A stretch of DNA of 64,000 bases, taken from the IMG/VR virus record IMGVR_UViG_3300027754_000037, one strand, 5' to 3'. The notes beneath the pieces are model-generated. The model was not told the origin of the DNA and did not search any database. It was given only the letters and a program-made list of their open reading frames with translations. A program made the position numbers and the translations under genes. The DNA is from a virus (taxonomy: Duplodnaviria; Caudoviricetes). Positions 1 through 8,614 of the stretch are shown one piece after another (position 1 is the stretch's first letter; each line of letters opens with the position of its first letter).

Positions 1-2
1 CT

Positions 3-1490
3 ACAATTGGTTTTGGTCCGTTCCCGACTTTCCCAACTAAATTCACATTTGGTAGCTTCCCGACTTTCCCAACTAAGTTTACATTTGGTCCGTTCCCGAC
101 TTATCCAACTCAATTTAGTTTCGGTGATTTTCCAAGCTTTCCAACAAATATCGGATTCGATCCACTTTTCATTCCAACAAGCATTGGTTTTGATAATGTT
201 CCGAACTTTCCGACTTCTATTCCTATTTCTTTTCCTAAAATACCAACTATTCCTGTTGCTCCAATCAATGTGCCAGAGATTAAGGTTGATTTTGGACCTG
301 CACCAAAATTTGATCCAATCGAAATCACCAGCAAAATTACAATACCAACTATAGAATTCGGTCCAGCGCCAACATTCCCGGCATCGATTCCCTTCGTAAA
401 TCCTCCGTGTTTGCCTGCCGTGATCGTTATCACGGCTGCTGGTATTCCTACTATTCCAGACACTATTACAATTACAGGACCTAATATTCCAAATAGTATC
501 AAATTTGAAAATCCACCGGCATTTCCGAAGATCAAATTTGACAATCCTCCGGTATTTCCGAAAATTCAATTCGATAATGCTCCAAAAATTCCAGACAAGA
601 TCACATTCGATAATGCTCCAAAAATTCCTACTACTATCGGCTTCGGACCCGCTCCTAAGTTTCCAGATACAATTAACTTCGGGCCGAATCCTTTACCTAG
701 TCAAATTACCTTTGGTCCCAACCCTCTGCCTACTACAATCGGTTTTGGCCCAGCGCCAAAACTTGGTCCTGTAGAATTTGGTCCACACAACTTACCAGCA
801 CAGATCAACTTTGGAACCGCTCCAACCATTTCGGTTTCATGGGGTACGCCTCCTACTGTATCATGTGTCGTATCGGTGCAATGTCCGTCCAACACTCCTT
901 TCTACAAGCCTGCAAGTTTGTTTGAGGAGGAGAAAGCATATGCTCCTCTTGAACCTCTTGAAGTTCAAATGTCAGATTTGGGAATCCCTTCAGAAATATT
1001 GGTCAAGGTTCCAGAAATACCGGACATCAAAATTCTGCACGATATGCCTGCTGTCATTCGTATAGAAATTCCAAATATTCCAGATATCAGAATTATCGGT
1101 CCTGCGACTCCAATTCCAAGTATTATCAGGATTGACGCAGAAGGACTGCCCTTGGCCATAGAGCTAATTGCAATCAATCTTCCTTCAGCAATCAAGCTGG
1201 ACACTACAGGATTGCCATCTACGATTAAATTGGATATCCCAGATCAATTTCCGATGATTAAATTGGACACATCTGGGATTCCAGACAAAATTCAAGTTGT
1301 TGGAATTCCATCGGTAATCGAATTGATTGGCGCACCAAGTGAAATCAAGTTGGTCCTGCCCGACAAGCCAGAAATTGAACTGGTTTACAGGGGAGCTCCG
1401 ATTGATGTGAAAATCAATCTTGATATCAGCAAACTTACTGGCGAAAACTCCAACGCCCAATGCGTGGCTATCGTGCCCTGCTCAAATTAA
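3..1490 (+). CDS. Pro-rich repeat protein, 5'-truncated by window edge; possible virion fibre
   Basis: Frame open from base 3 (TIGFGPFPTFPTKFTFGSFPTFPTK...) through the 270..1490 ORF; about 11-aa FGPxPxFPTxI repeats, then IKLDxxGxP repeats. Confidence 0.75.
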   Translation, partial: TIGFGPFPTFPTKFTFGSFPTFPTKFTFGPFPTYPTQFSFGDFPSFPTNIGFDPLFIPTSIGFDNVPNFPTSIPISFPKIPTIPVAPINVPEIKVDFGPAPKFDPIEITSKITIPTIEFGPAPTFPASIPFVNPPCLPAVIVITAAGIPTIPDTITITGPNIPNSIKFENPPAFPKIKFDNPPVFPKIQFDNAPKIPDKITFDNAPKIPTTIGFGPAPKFPDTINFGPNPLPSQITFGPNPLPTTIGFGPAPKLGPVEFGPHNLPAQINFGTAPTISVSWGTPPTVSCVVSVQCPSNTPFYKPASLFEEEKAYAPLEPLEVQMSDLGIPSEILVKVPEIPDIKILHDMPAVIRIEIPNIPDIRIIGPATPIPSIIRIDAEGLPLAIELIAINLPSAIKLDTTGLPSTIKLDIPDQFPMIKLDTSGIPDKIQVVGIPSVIELIGAPSEIKLVLPDKPEIELVYRGAPIDVKINLDISKLTGENSNAQCVAIVPCSN

Positions 1491-1591
1491 TCTACAAAGT
1501 AAATCATAGCAACAAATTGCTAGTTTACTCGGAGTTAGTCTGAGCGCAATTTATATGACTAAGACAAATAAGTTTTAAACTATGATATTTC

Positions 1592-2455
1592 ATGGAACCA
1601 ATTATCAAGAAAACGAATGATGGCAACCAATATTATTTGACTCCCCAGAATCTGTGGGTCAGAAATTTCTGTTTGGAGCAAGTGCCATTTGTTGACATCA
1701 ACAAGACAATCAGACCAGAAGATCATTTTACTTTTCTTGAAAATGAAGTGAGAAACGCACAGAACAAATATGTTTGGATTGATACAGAAGAATTCAGTAT
1801 GACGAATGTCGTCATCGTGTCGGACGGATATGAATTTGAAAAAAAACAACAACTGTTGGCCAAATTGCCAAAAGATGTAACGATCATAGCTGTTAACGGA
1901 GCTTTGTCGAAATGGAATCTGCCGAATAGAATTCCATCTTGGTACATAGCCAACAATCCTTACGAAGAATGTATGAGATTTTTTCCCAGAAGGCTTAGAA
2001 TTCTGCCTAGGGTTGTCGCATCAATTAGAACTAATCACAAATTCATGACCCTTTATCGTGGACAAAAATTCAGATACTATCCAGTCAATGAAAAACAATA
2101 TGCGAGTATTGGCCAAAAAGATGTTGCTTGGCAGGTTGATGATTATAGAAATCCAATTTGTGCAGCAATACATATCGCTGTCAAATTTGGAGCATTAAAT
2201 ATTCTTTTGTTTTGTTGCGATAACAGCTTTGAACTTGAAAGGCCGGGTGCGGAAAAGCTCGAAAACGGTTTGTATCAGTATCCTCAGCAAAACATAGTAA
2301 ATGGTTTAATTGACGGTCAATTTTTCTGGTTGAAAAGCCACCCTTATTTTGATTATGAGATCGGCAATTGTTCAAGTGGTAAAGATTATGAGTTTGCTGA
2401 ATATATATCTGAGGAAAAAATGTTTTCCTTTTTTCAACAAGGCGGTGAAAAATGA
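1592..2455 (+). CDS. Hypothetical, DUF115/MptE-like (glycosyltransferase-associated Rossmann) protein
   Basis: IVSDG...IIAVNGAL and AAIHIAVKFGALNILLFCCDNSF resemble the DUF115 IxGxGPS / IAVN / AxxxAxxxGxxxIxLxGxD pattern; weak match. Confidence 0.4.
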   Translation: MEPIIKKTNDGNQYYLTPQNLWVRNFCLEQVPFVDINKTIRPEDHFTFLENEVRNAQNKYVWIDTEEFSMTNVVIVSDGYEFEKKQQLLAKLPKDVTIIAVNGALSKWNLPNRIPSWYIANNPYEECMRFFPRRLRILPRVVASIRTNHKFMTLYRGQKFRYYPVNEKQYASIGQKDVAWQVDDYRNPICAAIHIAVKFGALNILLFCCDNSFELERPGAEKLENGLYQYPQQNIVNGLIDGQFFWLKSHPYFDYEIGNCSSGKDYEFAEYISEEKMFSFFQQGGEK

Positions 2456-2757
2456 ACACAAGGAATGACACGGACCCATTTGGTCCTTTTAATTTTAGTG
2501 ATTTCAAAAAATGGATGTCTCACCAAAACGATGCTCGCAAGAACAGCATGATTGGTGTAAAAGTCGAATCCAAAATACCCATCAAAAAACTTCTTTCAAG
2601 AATTGAAGCACAAGAAGGGGATATCACAGAAGTTGCCAAAGACTTCAAAAAACATGGTGGTACTATAACAGAAGAAAATGGGTATTACATGTATGTCTCT
2701 GTCGATAGTGGAAACTTCATGATCCATAAAATGCACATCAAGCGTGCAGACGACTAG
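2452..2757 (+). CDS. Hypothetical protein
   Basis: 101-aa ORF, ATGA overlap with upstream stop. Confidence 0.7.
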   Translation: MNTRNDTDPFGPFNFSDFKKWMSHQNDARKNSMIGVKVESKIPIKKLLSRIEAQEGDITEVAKDFKKHGGTITEENGYYMYVSVDSGNFMIHKMHIKRADD

Positions 2758-3119
2758 CCCTTCTGAACCATAATTATTCTGGTTGGAAGATTCGCAACAT
2801 TAACGACTGGCGTAGGAAAATTGCTTGCCACAAACTCAGGCTGTTCGCTCATGGGCAGATTGGAATAACCTCTGTTCCTGAGCGATGCCTTAAGCAAATC
2901 ATAGGTATCAGCAGCTTCCAGCCATAATTCCCAAAGCATCCTGTTATCGTAAACAATTTGTTTGATTTCACTCGTCCAGTTAACTGGCAGATTCAAAATA
3001 TCCAGATTTTCAACACGACTAGCCAAAATGGGCCTGCCGAATAACTTTGCAAAAATACGAATTCCAGCCTTGTCTCTTCGTCCCAAATATAGGTAAAGAT
3101 TCACATTCGTAGTAGCCAC
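2754..3119 (-). CDS. Hypothetical protein
   Basis: 121-aa ORF, GTG start overlapping the upstream stop. Confidence 0.65.
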   Translation of the reverse strand: MATTNVNLYLYLGRRDKAGIRIFAKLFGRPILASRVENLDILNLPVNWTSEIKQIVYDNRMLWELWLEAADTYDLLKASLRNRGYSNLPMSEQPEFVASNFPTPVVNVANLPTRIIMVQKG

Positions 3120-3280
3120 TATTGTTTCTCACTCTTATAATTTTCTGGGTTCTGATTGAAAAGTTCTTCAAGAACTATTTCCATTACTAAGCGAGTAAAA
3201 GAATCGTCAGAACCAAACTGCGATGCAAAAGCTTGCAAAGCCTCTACTCCTGAGTTTGCGTCATCTTGGTGTTTTTTCAT
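3119..3280 (-). CDS. Small hypothetical protein (start uncertain, 3280 or 3316)
   Basis: ORF whose stop overlaps the start of the 2754..3119 gene. Confidence 0.5.
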   Translation of the reverse strand: MKKHQDDANSGVEALQAFASQFGSDDSFTRLVMEIVLEELFNQNPENYKSEKQ

Positions 3281-3902
3281 GATTCCACTTCCTGAATATG
3301 TAAAAATCAAAGACAATTATTGCATTGTTTACTTTGGAAATTGCAAAGAATATATCGTGCAACTTCGTTTGCTGCGACCAATCATGGAAAAGACCTTTGC
3401 AGGATTGCAAGTTTATCTAGCCTGCAAAGATGAATATATGTACTTGCTGAACAATGAGTCAAAAACTCTCTCGGCATCGTCTCTCAAGACACAGAAACAA
3501 AAATTCGCTTATATTCGTGAAATTTATACGGAAATCAACAAACATCCAGTTGAAGAACTGATGTTGGAATCTGAAATAACTTTTCAACCAATTTGCAATA
3601 ACATAATCCATCCTGAACTCATTAAGGGGTCGTGCCTGTTGTTAACTACAGCTAATCTTCCGACAAGAAGTCTGAATGCAAATCAAATCACACACGCTTT
3701 GGATTACATCAGAAAACAAGGTTGTCAGGCGCACTTCAATAAAAAAATAGATGATTTTGATTGGGTTGTTGGTGTCGAGAACGAAAATCTTTACGAGGCT
3801 GCGTCTCAGGGCAAAAAAGTTACTCTTATTCCCACAGGATTTGGTGAAAATCTTTTTAAGAAGATGTTTCCTGCTTCTGGAATTCTTCGCATTCCTGCCT
3901 GA
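3279..3902 (+). CDS. Hypothetical protein
   Basis: Track ORF 3156..3902; likely start MIPLPEY at 3279. Confidence 0.65.
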   Translation: MIPLPEYVKIKDNYCIVYFGNCKEYIVQLRLLRPIMEKTFAGLQVYLACKDEYMYLLNNESKTLSASSLKTQKQKFAYIREIYTEINKHPVEELMLESEITFQPICNNIIHPELIKGSCLLLTTANLPTRSLNANQITHALDYIRKQGCQAHFNKKIDDFDWVVGVENENLYEAASQGKKVTLIPTGFGENLFKKMFPASGILRIPA

Positions 3903-3906
3903 ACTG

Positions 3907-3914
3907 CATAAATA
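3907..3914 (+). promoter_or_regulatory. T4-late-like promoter CATAAATA
   Basis: One mismatch to T4 late TATAAATA; intergenic, upstream of 3963 gene. Confidence 0.55.
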
Positions 3915-3962
3915 CACTTGTGAGGTAGCAATTTTTGCTTATAAAAAACTCCAAGGAGAAAA

Positions 3963-4541
3963 ATGAGCGTATTTACAGTAAAGTTAAACAACAGCACTCA
4001 AGGTGGCTTGGATATGAATCCCCAATCTTTGGGCCAGTTTACTACAAGCGTCCAGCGCACTATTTTCGTGACTGGACCAAAAAGAATTTATCGCAAACTT
4101 TTCGATGGCGAAACATTCACGGACTGCAATTACTGGAAGAAATTTGCGGTGCCTAATCTTCCCGCCGATCAAGCTTTCATCGAAGTAACTACCGATGATG
4201 GTTCCATTTACAGCGAAGTGGATGAAGAAAATAACTATCCTAAGGTCTATTCTTTGACCGTGGACGATGGATCGGATTTTGTCGATAATGTATGCGATAT
4301 TGTTGGAGATACAGGTTCCACAGCAAATTTTGTACAGATCAACTCCACCAATTCTTCTGGCGGCGATGTGAGAGTAAAACTCAACGGCATGACCGGAGCG
4401 ATTTTTGACCTCAAAGCTGGTGATACTCAAGTTTTCAACTATGGCGACCTTGCCGTAACCAAGTTGGCATTCGACAACTCCAGCGGAACCGATGCCGAAA
4501 TTCAAGTCATCGTATCCGTCAAGAGTTCCTGCCTTAGCTAA
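3963..4541 (+). CDS. Putative virion structural protein (beta-rich)
   Basis: 192 aa, AGGAG SD, late-like promoter, S/T/N/D/G-rich; N-terminal part similar to 50535..50768. Confidence 0.6.
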   Translation: MSVFTVKLNNSTQGGLDMNPQSLGQFTTSVQRTIFVTGPKRIYRKLFDGETFTDCNYWKKFAVPNLPADQAFIEVTTDDGSIYSEVDEENNYPKVYSLTVDDGSDFVDNVCDIVGDTGSTANFVQINSTNSSGGDVRVKLNGMTGAIFDLKAGDTQVFNYGDLAVTKLAFDNSSGTDAEIQVIVSVKSSCLS

Positions 4542-4559
4542 ATTAAAAATCAATTAAAG

Positions 4560-4590
4560 AAACCCAGCCTTTATTGGCTGGGTTTTTTAT
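4560..4590 (+). terminator. Rho-independent terminator
   Basis: AACCCAGCC-TTTATT-GGCTGGGTT followed by T-run. Confidence 0.85.
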
Positions 4591-4670
4591 TTTGTCGAGA
4601 AAAATAGCGCTATTTTTAATATTGTAGAACTAACTATATTGAATGTGGAGCAAGTATTTCAGGTGTAAAT

Positions 4671-4907
4671 TTGGCAAATTTAATCAGACCAAACAGCGTC
4701 AAAGTTGTGACTCAGGATGGTGAAGTTCAAGTAACTATTGCACTTGAACTTACTATCAACCTGAACGCAAACGGTCTTGATGTATCTGCAAATACACAAG
4801 ATACAAATTATGTCCCTACGGTCAAAAAACCAAAAGAGGACAAGGTTGAGTGGGAAATTCCAGATTTTAGCGCATTTCCCAAGGTGGATTTTGGGAAAAA
4901 AGAGTGA
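4671..4907 (+). CDS. Small hypothetical protein upstream of actin-like ATPase
   Basis: 78-aa ORF, TTG start, same strand and 44 bp before the actin gene. Confidence 0.65.
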   Translation: MANLIRPNSVKVVTQDGEVQVTIALELTINLNANGLDVSANTQDTNYVPTVKKPKEDKVEWEIPDFSAFPKVDFGKKE

Positions 4908-4951
4908 TGTGAAATGATTGGTATATACAGCATAAAAAAAGGAGAGTCCAA

Positions 4952-5956
4952 ATGTTAGGTTTCGATTGCGGGACTTACAACTTGGTTTGTTGTTCCAGAG
5001 ACAAAGAAAGAAATTTTTCCTACAAGAGGGAAGTCAATGCCTTCTTGGAGCTTCCTTTGGAAAACCGATTTGTTTTCAACATGATGAAAACCGCTGGTGT
5101 TCCTTTGATTGAAAGGGAAAAAGTAGCTTATGCCCTAGGTGAGGCGGCGGTTAATATGACCTACACCATGAGCGCACTCGAACTTAAGCGCCCTATGATT
5201 CACGGCTGTGTAAATCCCAAGGAAAAAGACGCTTTCCAGATCATGAGCATCATGATGCATAGTTTGATCGACAATGTCAAAAAAGACGGTGAAGTCCTAT
5301 ATTATTGCGTTCCATCCAACGCCATCAATCAAGACACAGACGCAGACTATCACCAAAGAATCCTCGATGCCATTTTCAAGGCGTATAGGAACGAGACTGG
5401 TTACAAGGTTGATGCGCATCCAATCAATGAAGCTCTTGCTTTGGTCTATGCAGAATTGGCTCAAAAAGCATTTACTGGAATCGCCATGTCATTTGGTGGT
5501 GGCATGATCAATGTCTGCTACGCCATGTATGGCAATCCTGCCTTTAAGTTTGCAATCGTGAATTCCGGCGACTGGATTGATCGTCAAGCTGCCAAGGCTA
5601 CTGGCGAAAGTATCAGCTTTATCAATAAAGAAAAAACAAAGATTGATCTTACAAAGCAACCTACAAACCTTGTTGAAAGAGCAATCCACACGCAATACAG
5701 GCTTATGATTGAACACACCGTGACTGGGCTCAAGCAAGGATTCTCAGATGTTACCAAGACCGTCAGAACTGACGCTCCAGTTGATGTCGTAATTGCAGGA
5801 GGCACAAGCTCTCCTAACGGTTTCGGAGAACTGTTTAGGGAGACAATTTCTCAGGCAGACCTACCAATCAAAATTGGCACAATCATTAAACCATCAGACC
5901 CTCTGTACTCTGTAAGCCGTGGGTGCCTTTTGGCAGCAGAAGCTGCTGTTGGATAA
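4952..5956 (+). CDS. Actin-fold ATPase (volactin/MreB/ParM superfamily)
   Basis: Phosphate-1 GFDCGT, connect INEALA, phosphate-2 SFGGGM, adenosine IAGGTS, C-terminal PLYSVSRG; GGAG SD. Confidence 0.9.
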   Translation: MLGFDCGTYNLVCCSRDKERNFSYKREVNAFLELPLENRFVFNMMKTAGVPLIEREKVAYALGEAAVNMTYTMSALELKRPMIHGCVNPKEKDAFQIMSIMMHSLIDNVKKDGEVLYYCVPSNAINQDTDADYHQRILDAIFKAYRNETGYKVDAHPINEALALVYAELAQKAFTGIAMSFGGGMINVCYAMYGNPAFKFAIVNSGDWIDRQAAKATGESISFINKEKTKIDLTKQPTNLVERAIHTQYRLMIEHTVTGLKQGFSDVTKTVRTDAPVDVVIAGGTSSPNGFGELFRETISQADLPIKIGTIIKPSDPLYSVSRGCLLAAEAAVG

Positions 5957-5978
5957 CACAAAGAAAGAAGGAAAAAGA

Positions 5979-6437
5979 ATGAAGTGTAATCAAAAAAGCG
6001 TCAGCGACCTAGGGGCTGCTGCATATCTTCTCATGCATGATATAAAAGTCACAGGGAGAAAAAGTAAAGAAATTTATTTTTTACTTAATGCAAATTGCAC
6101 TTCAGAACAGTTTGATCAATTGACTCTTGATTATCTTTCCAGCGAATTTCATAGATTTGATGCCTGCATCATGAGCCTCAAGAAAATCGGTGAATACTCC
6201 TTCCAAGCCAAAAATTTCAGGTTTGTAACCGATCTGGGAGCAGCAGCATATCTGCTCATGCACAAGTACAAAGTGGTTGGCAAAAGAGGTAAATCGATCT
6301 ATTTCGAGGTTGATAACACAGCTTCGGACAGGTTTGATGAGACCGCTCTTGAATACATTTCCAGCGATTTTCACCGTTTCGACTCGTGTCTGATGTCTTT
6401 GAAAAAGATTGGCGAATACATCAGCGAACAATATTGA
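5979..6437 (+). CDS. Tandem two-domain protein (DUF5659-like)
   Basis: Two copies of DLGAAAYLLMH...IYF...FD...Y.SS.FHRFD.C.MSLKKIGEY; likely start MKCNQK at 5979. Confidence 0.7.
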   Translation: MKCNQKSVSDLGAAAYLLMHDIKVTGRKSKEIYFLLNANCTSEQFDQLTLDYLSSEFHRFDACIMSLKKIGEYSFQAKNFRFVTDLGAAAYLLMHKYKVVGKRGKSIYFEVDNTASDRFDETALEYISSDFHRFDSCLMSLKKIGEYISEQY

Positions 6438-6468
6438 AAAAATCAATATATAATCACAAGGAGATTAT

Positions 6469-7950
6469 ATGTTGAGATTTAGAGATTATCGCAACAACTC
6501 GAGGGGCGTTGAGCTCTACGAGGCAGAAGTCGCTTCTGATCCGGCAATAAATGCAGCAATTGAAAAAATTGTTGATGACTGGATCGGTGAATTAAAGAGC
6601 GAACTTCTAAGTGGAGAAGGACTTAAAACACCCGGATTGTGGGATCGTTTCAAAAATTCTCTTGCCAATTTCTGGCATGGTGCCTATAGCGACAAAAATC
6701 CCTACCGTCATAGGAATATGTACGGCAATCTCGGTGCAACTACGGAATCTGTTGACAATAGGCTGTCTCTGGATGAATATAAAATTCTAAGAGAATGCTG
6801 TGATCTGCTCGAAGAGGAAGTCAAAACAGCAGCGCCAGCAACAGACCAGAATTCAAAGCTGAAGCTTGTTCAGATCATTAACAAACACGCCAAAAACTTG
6901 AAAGACAGATTGATCAAGGTTTTGACGGGAGCATATGTTCCTGCTCTAAAAAAATTCCATATGCCTTCTTTGAGCTCCTTCCCCCGAAAGATAGAACCCA
7001 TCACTCCTCCCTCAGATACAGTAGACCCAAGCGCAAAGCCCGACACAGAGGTAGAAAAAGAACCTACTGAAGAACCAAAAGAATTTAGTTACACCGAACC
7101 ACCAACCCAAGGAATTGCATGGGCTTCTTTAAATGCTCGTCAAAAAATGGCTTGGAATAAATATGGTGGTGGTGCAGTATCAAGAAGTGAACGCCATAAA
7201 GGAAAATTCCCGTTGCAAGGAAGATTCCCGTTGCCTTGGATTCTTCGTCTAGGAGATCCTAGAAAAGATATGCTTTCTTTGAATACTTCAAGATCGCTTA
7301 TTCGAGATAAGAGACTCGAACTCGATTCGGATTTGATTAACTCCAAAGAAAAACTAGAATCTCGTGTTGAACATTCCAAGACTATTTTTGCAAATAGGAA
7401 GAAGCGTTCTGCCAAGCCAGATGCAGAAATGCCTTCAGAGCCACTTGCTGACACGCCCTCTCCAGAAAACAAAAAGCGTAAACAGCCTCGTCCAGATGTT
7501 GAAACCCCATCTTCCGATGCTGAAAAAATATCTGCTGATTTAGGTCGCCCAGAAGACTCAGAATCAGAAGCTCCCGATGTTGCTACGACTTCTGATTTCA
7601 GAGATGAATCTGAAGAGACCGAAGAAGATAAAGCAACAAATACGCTAAATCGTCTTGTAACCGACTGGTCTGTTGAAGAAGAAAGAAAAAAATTAATCGA
7701 GACTGCAAGAAAAATGAATCTTGACAATTTAAAGGATGAAATAATTAAAATGCTTCAAGCCCATGTTGATGCAGAGCCAGAAGGCGACAGTAAAACTTAT
7801 CATCAAAATGAATTAGATAAAGTAAAAGTACAAAATATTGGAAAAATTGAGGAATTAGACAAGACAGCACGCCTTCTTCTTGGCATTCTGCCTACTTTTG
7901 AAGCCAGAAAGTATTTTGTCAATAAATTCAGACAATTAGTTCATGGCTGA
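6469..7950 (+). CDS. Hypothetical, possible internal virion protein
   Basis: 493 aa, AAGGAG SD, N-terminus MLRFRDY, GLWDRFK motif, P/E/D-rich linkers. Confidence 0.7.
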   Translation: MLRFRDYRNNSRGVELYEAEVASDPAINAAIEKIVDDWIGELKSELLSGEGLKTPGLWDRFKNSLANFWHGAYSDKNPYRHRNMYGNLGATTESVDNRLSLDEYKILRECCDLLEEEVKTAAPATDQNSKLKLVQIINKHAKNLKDRLIKVLTGAYVPALKKFHMPSLSSFPRKIEPITPPSDTVDPSAKPDTEVEKEPTEEPKEFSYTEPPTQGIAWASLNARQKMAWNKYGGGAVSRSERHKGKFPLQGRFPLPWILRLGDPRKDMLSLNTSRSLIRDKRLELDSDLINSKEKLESRVEHSKTIFANRKKRSAKPDAEMPSEPLADTPSPENKKRKQPRPDVETPSSDAEKISADLGRPEDSESEAPDVATTSDFRDESEETEEDKATNTLNRLVTDWSVEEERKKLIETARKMNLDNLKDEIIKMLQAHVDAEPEGDSKTYHQNELDKVKVQNIGKIEELDKTARLLLGILPTFEARKYFVNKFRQLVHG

Positions 7951-8351
7951 TTTTTTTGAAGCATTTTCCCCATGTTTTGCTGTGCCTGCTTTTGTAAAGC
8001 AGCAAGCATGGAAGGATCAACAAACTGCATCGGTGGTTGCGCTGCTGGAGCAGGAGCTTGTTGAGGAGCCTTCTTCACCTCTTCAATAATTTTCTGGTAA
8101 TTAGGATCATCTTCAGTAATCATTTGTTCTTCTACGATTCCAACAATGTATTGCATGGAATAAAAGTTTTTACAATTTGTTAAGTGATGTTTCGTGAAAA
8201 CACCATCTTGGTCAATTGCTTCAACAATTCCTGTGAAGAACTCAGCAAATTGTTGGTCAGGAAAACCTCCCTTGTTAACGCCAACCGTTAATATTGTGCA
8301 AATTTTACCCACAAATGTGCTACGAAGATTTTCCAATGATGAAGAAAGCAT
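7941..8351 (-). CDS. Hypothetical protein
   Basis: 136 aa, Q/P/A-rich C-terminus, GAGG SD. Confidence 0.7.
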   Translation of the reverse strand: MLSSSLENLRSTFVGKICTILTVGVNKGGFPDQQFAEFFTGIVEAIDQDGVFTKHHLTNCKNFYSMQYIVGIVEEQMITEDDPNYQKIIEEVKKAPQQAPAPAAQPPMQFVDPSMLAALQKQAQQNMGKMLQKNQP

Positions 8352-8398
8352 TTTATACCTCGGGACATAAATATTGAGTCATTTTAAAGGAGCGATGG

Positions 8399-8614
8399 AT
8401 GTCTAGCAATTATAGTGAAGTTGCGCCTCCCGGTTGGAGCGGTACTGTCAAGGCCATGAAAAAAAATAAAGAGATCGATAATCCCTACGCTCTCGCATGG
8501 TACATGAAGAACAAAGGCTACAAGCACCATCACAAACCAGAGAAGAAGAAAAAAGACGAGAGCGTTTTTCAGCACAAGTCTTTCATCGAATGGATTAGCG
8601 CCAAATATCGCTGA
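8399..8614 (+). CDS. Small basic hypothetical protein
   Basis: 71 aa, AAGGAG SD, CATAAATA at 8366..8373; NPYALAWYM motif. Confidence 0.7.
   Translation: MSSNYSEVAPPGWSGTVKAMKKNKEIDNPYALAWYMKNKGYKHHHKPEKKKKDESVFQHKSFIEWISAKYR

Noticed and set aside
7-544. ORFs 7..354 (+) and 110..544 (-)
   Set aside because: Off-frame and antisense readings of the Pro-rich repeat gene
1491-1591. Structured RNA in the first intergenic gap
   Set aside because: Only 6-7 bp AT-rich competing stems, expected by chance
4542-4951. parC-like centromere for the actin
   Set aside because: No iterated direct repeats seen upstream or downstream
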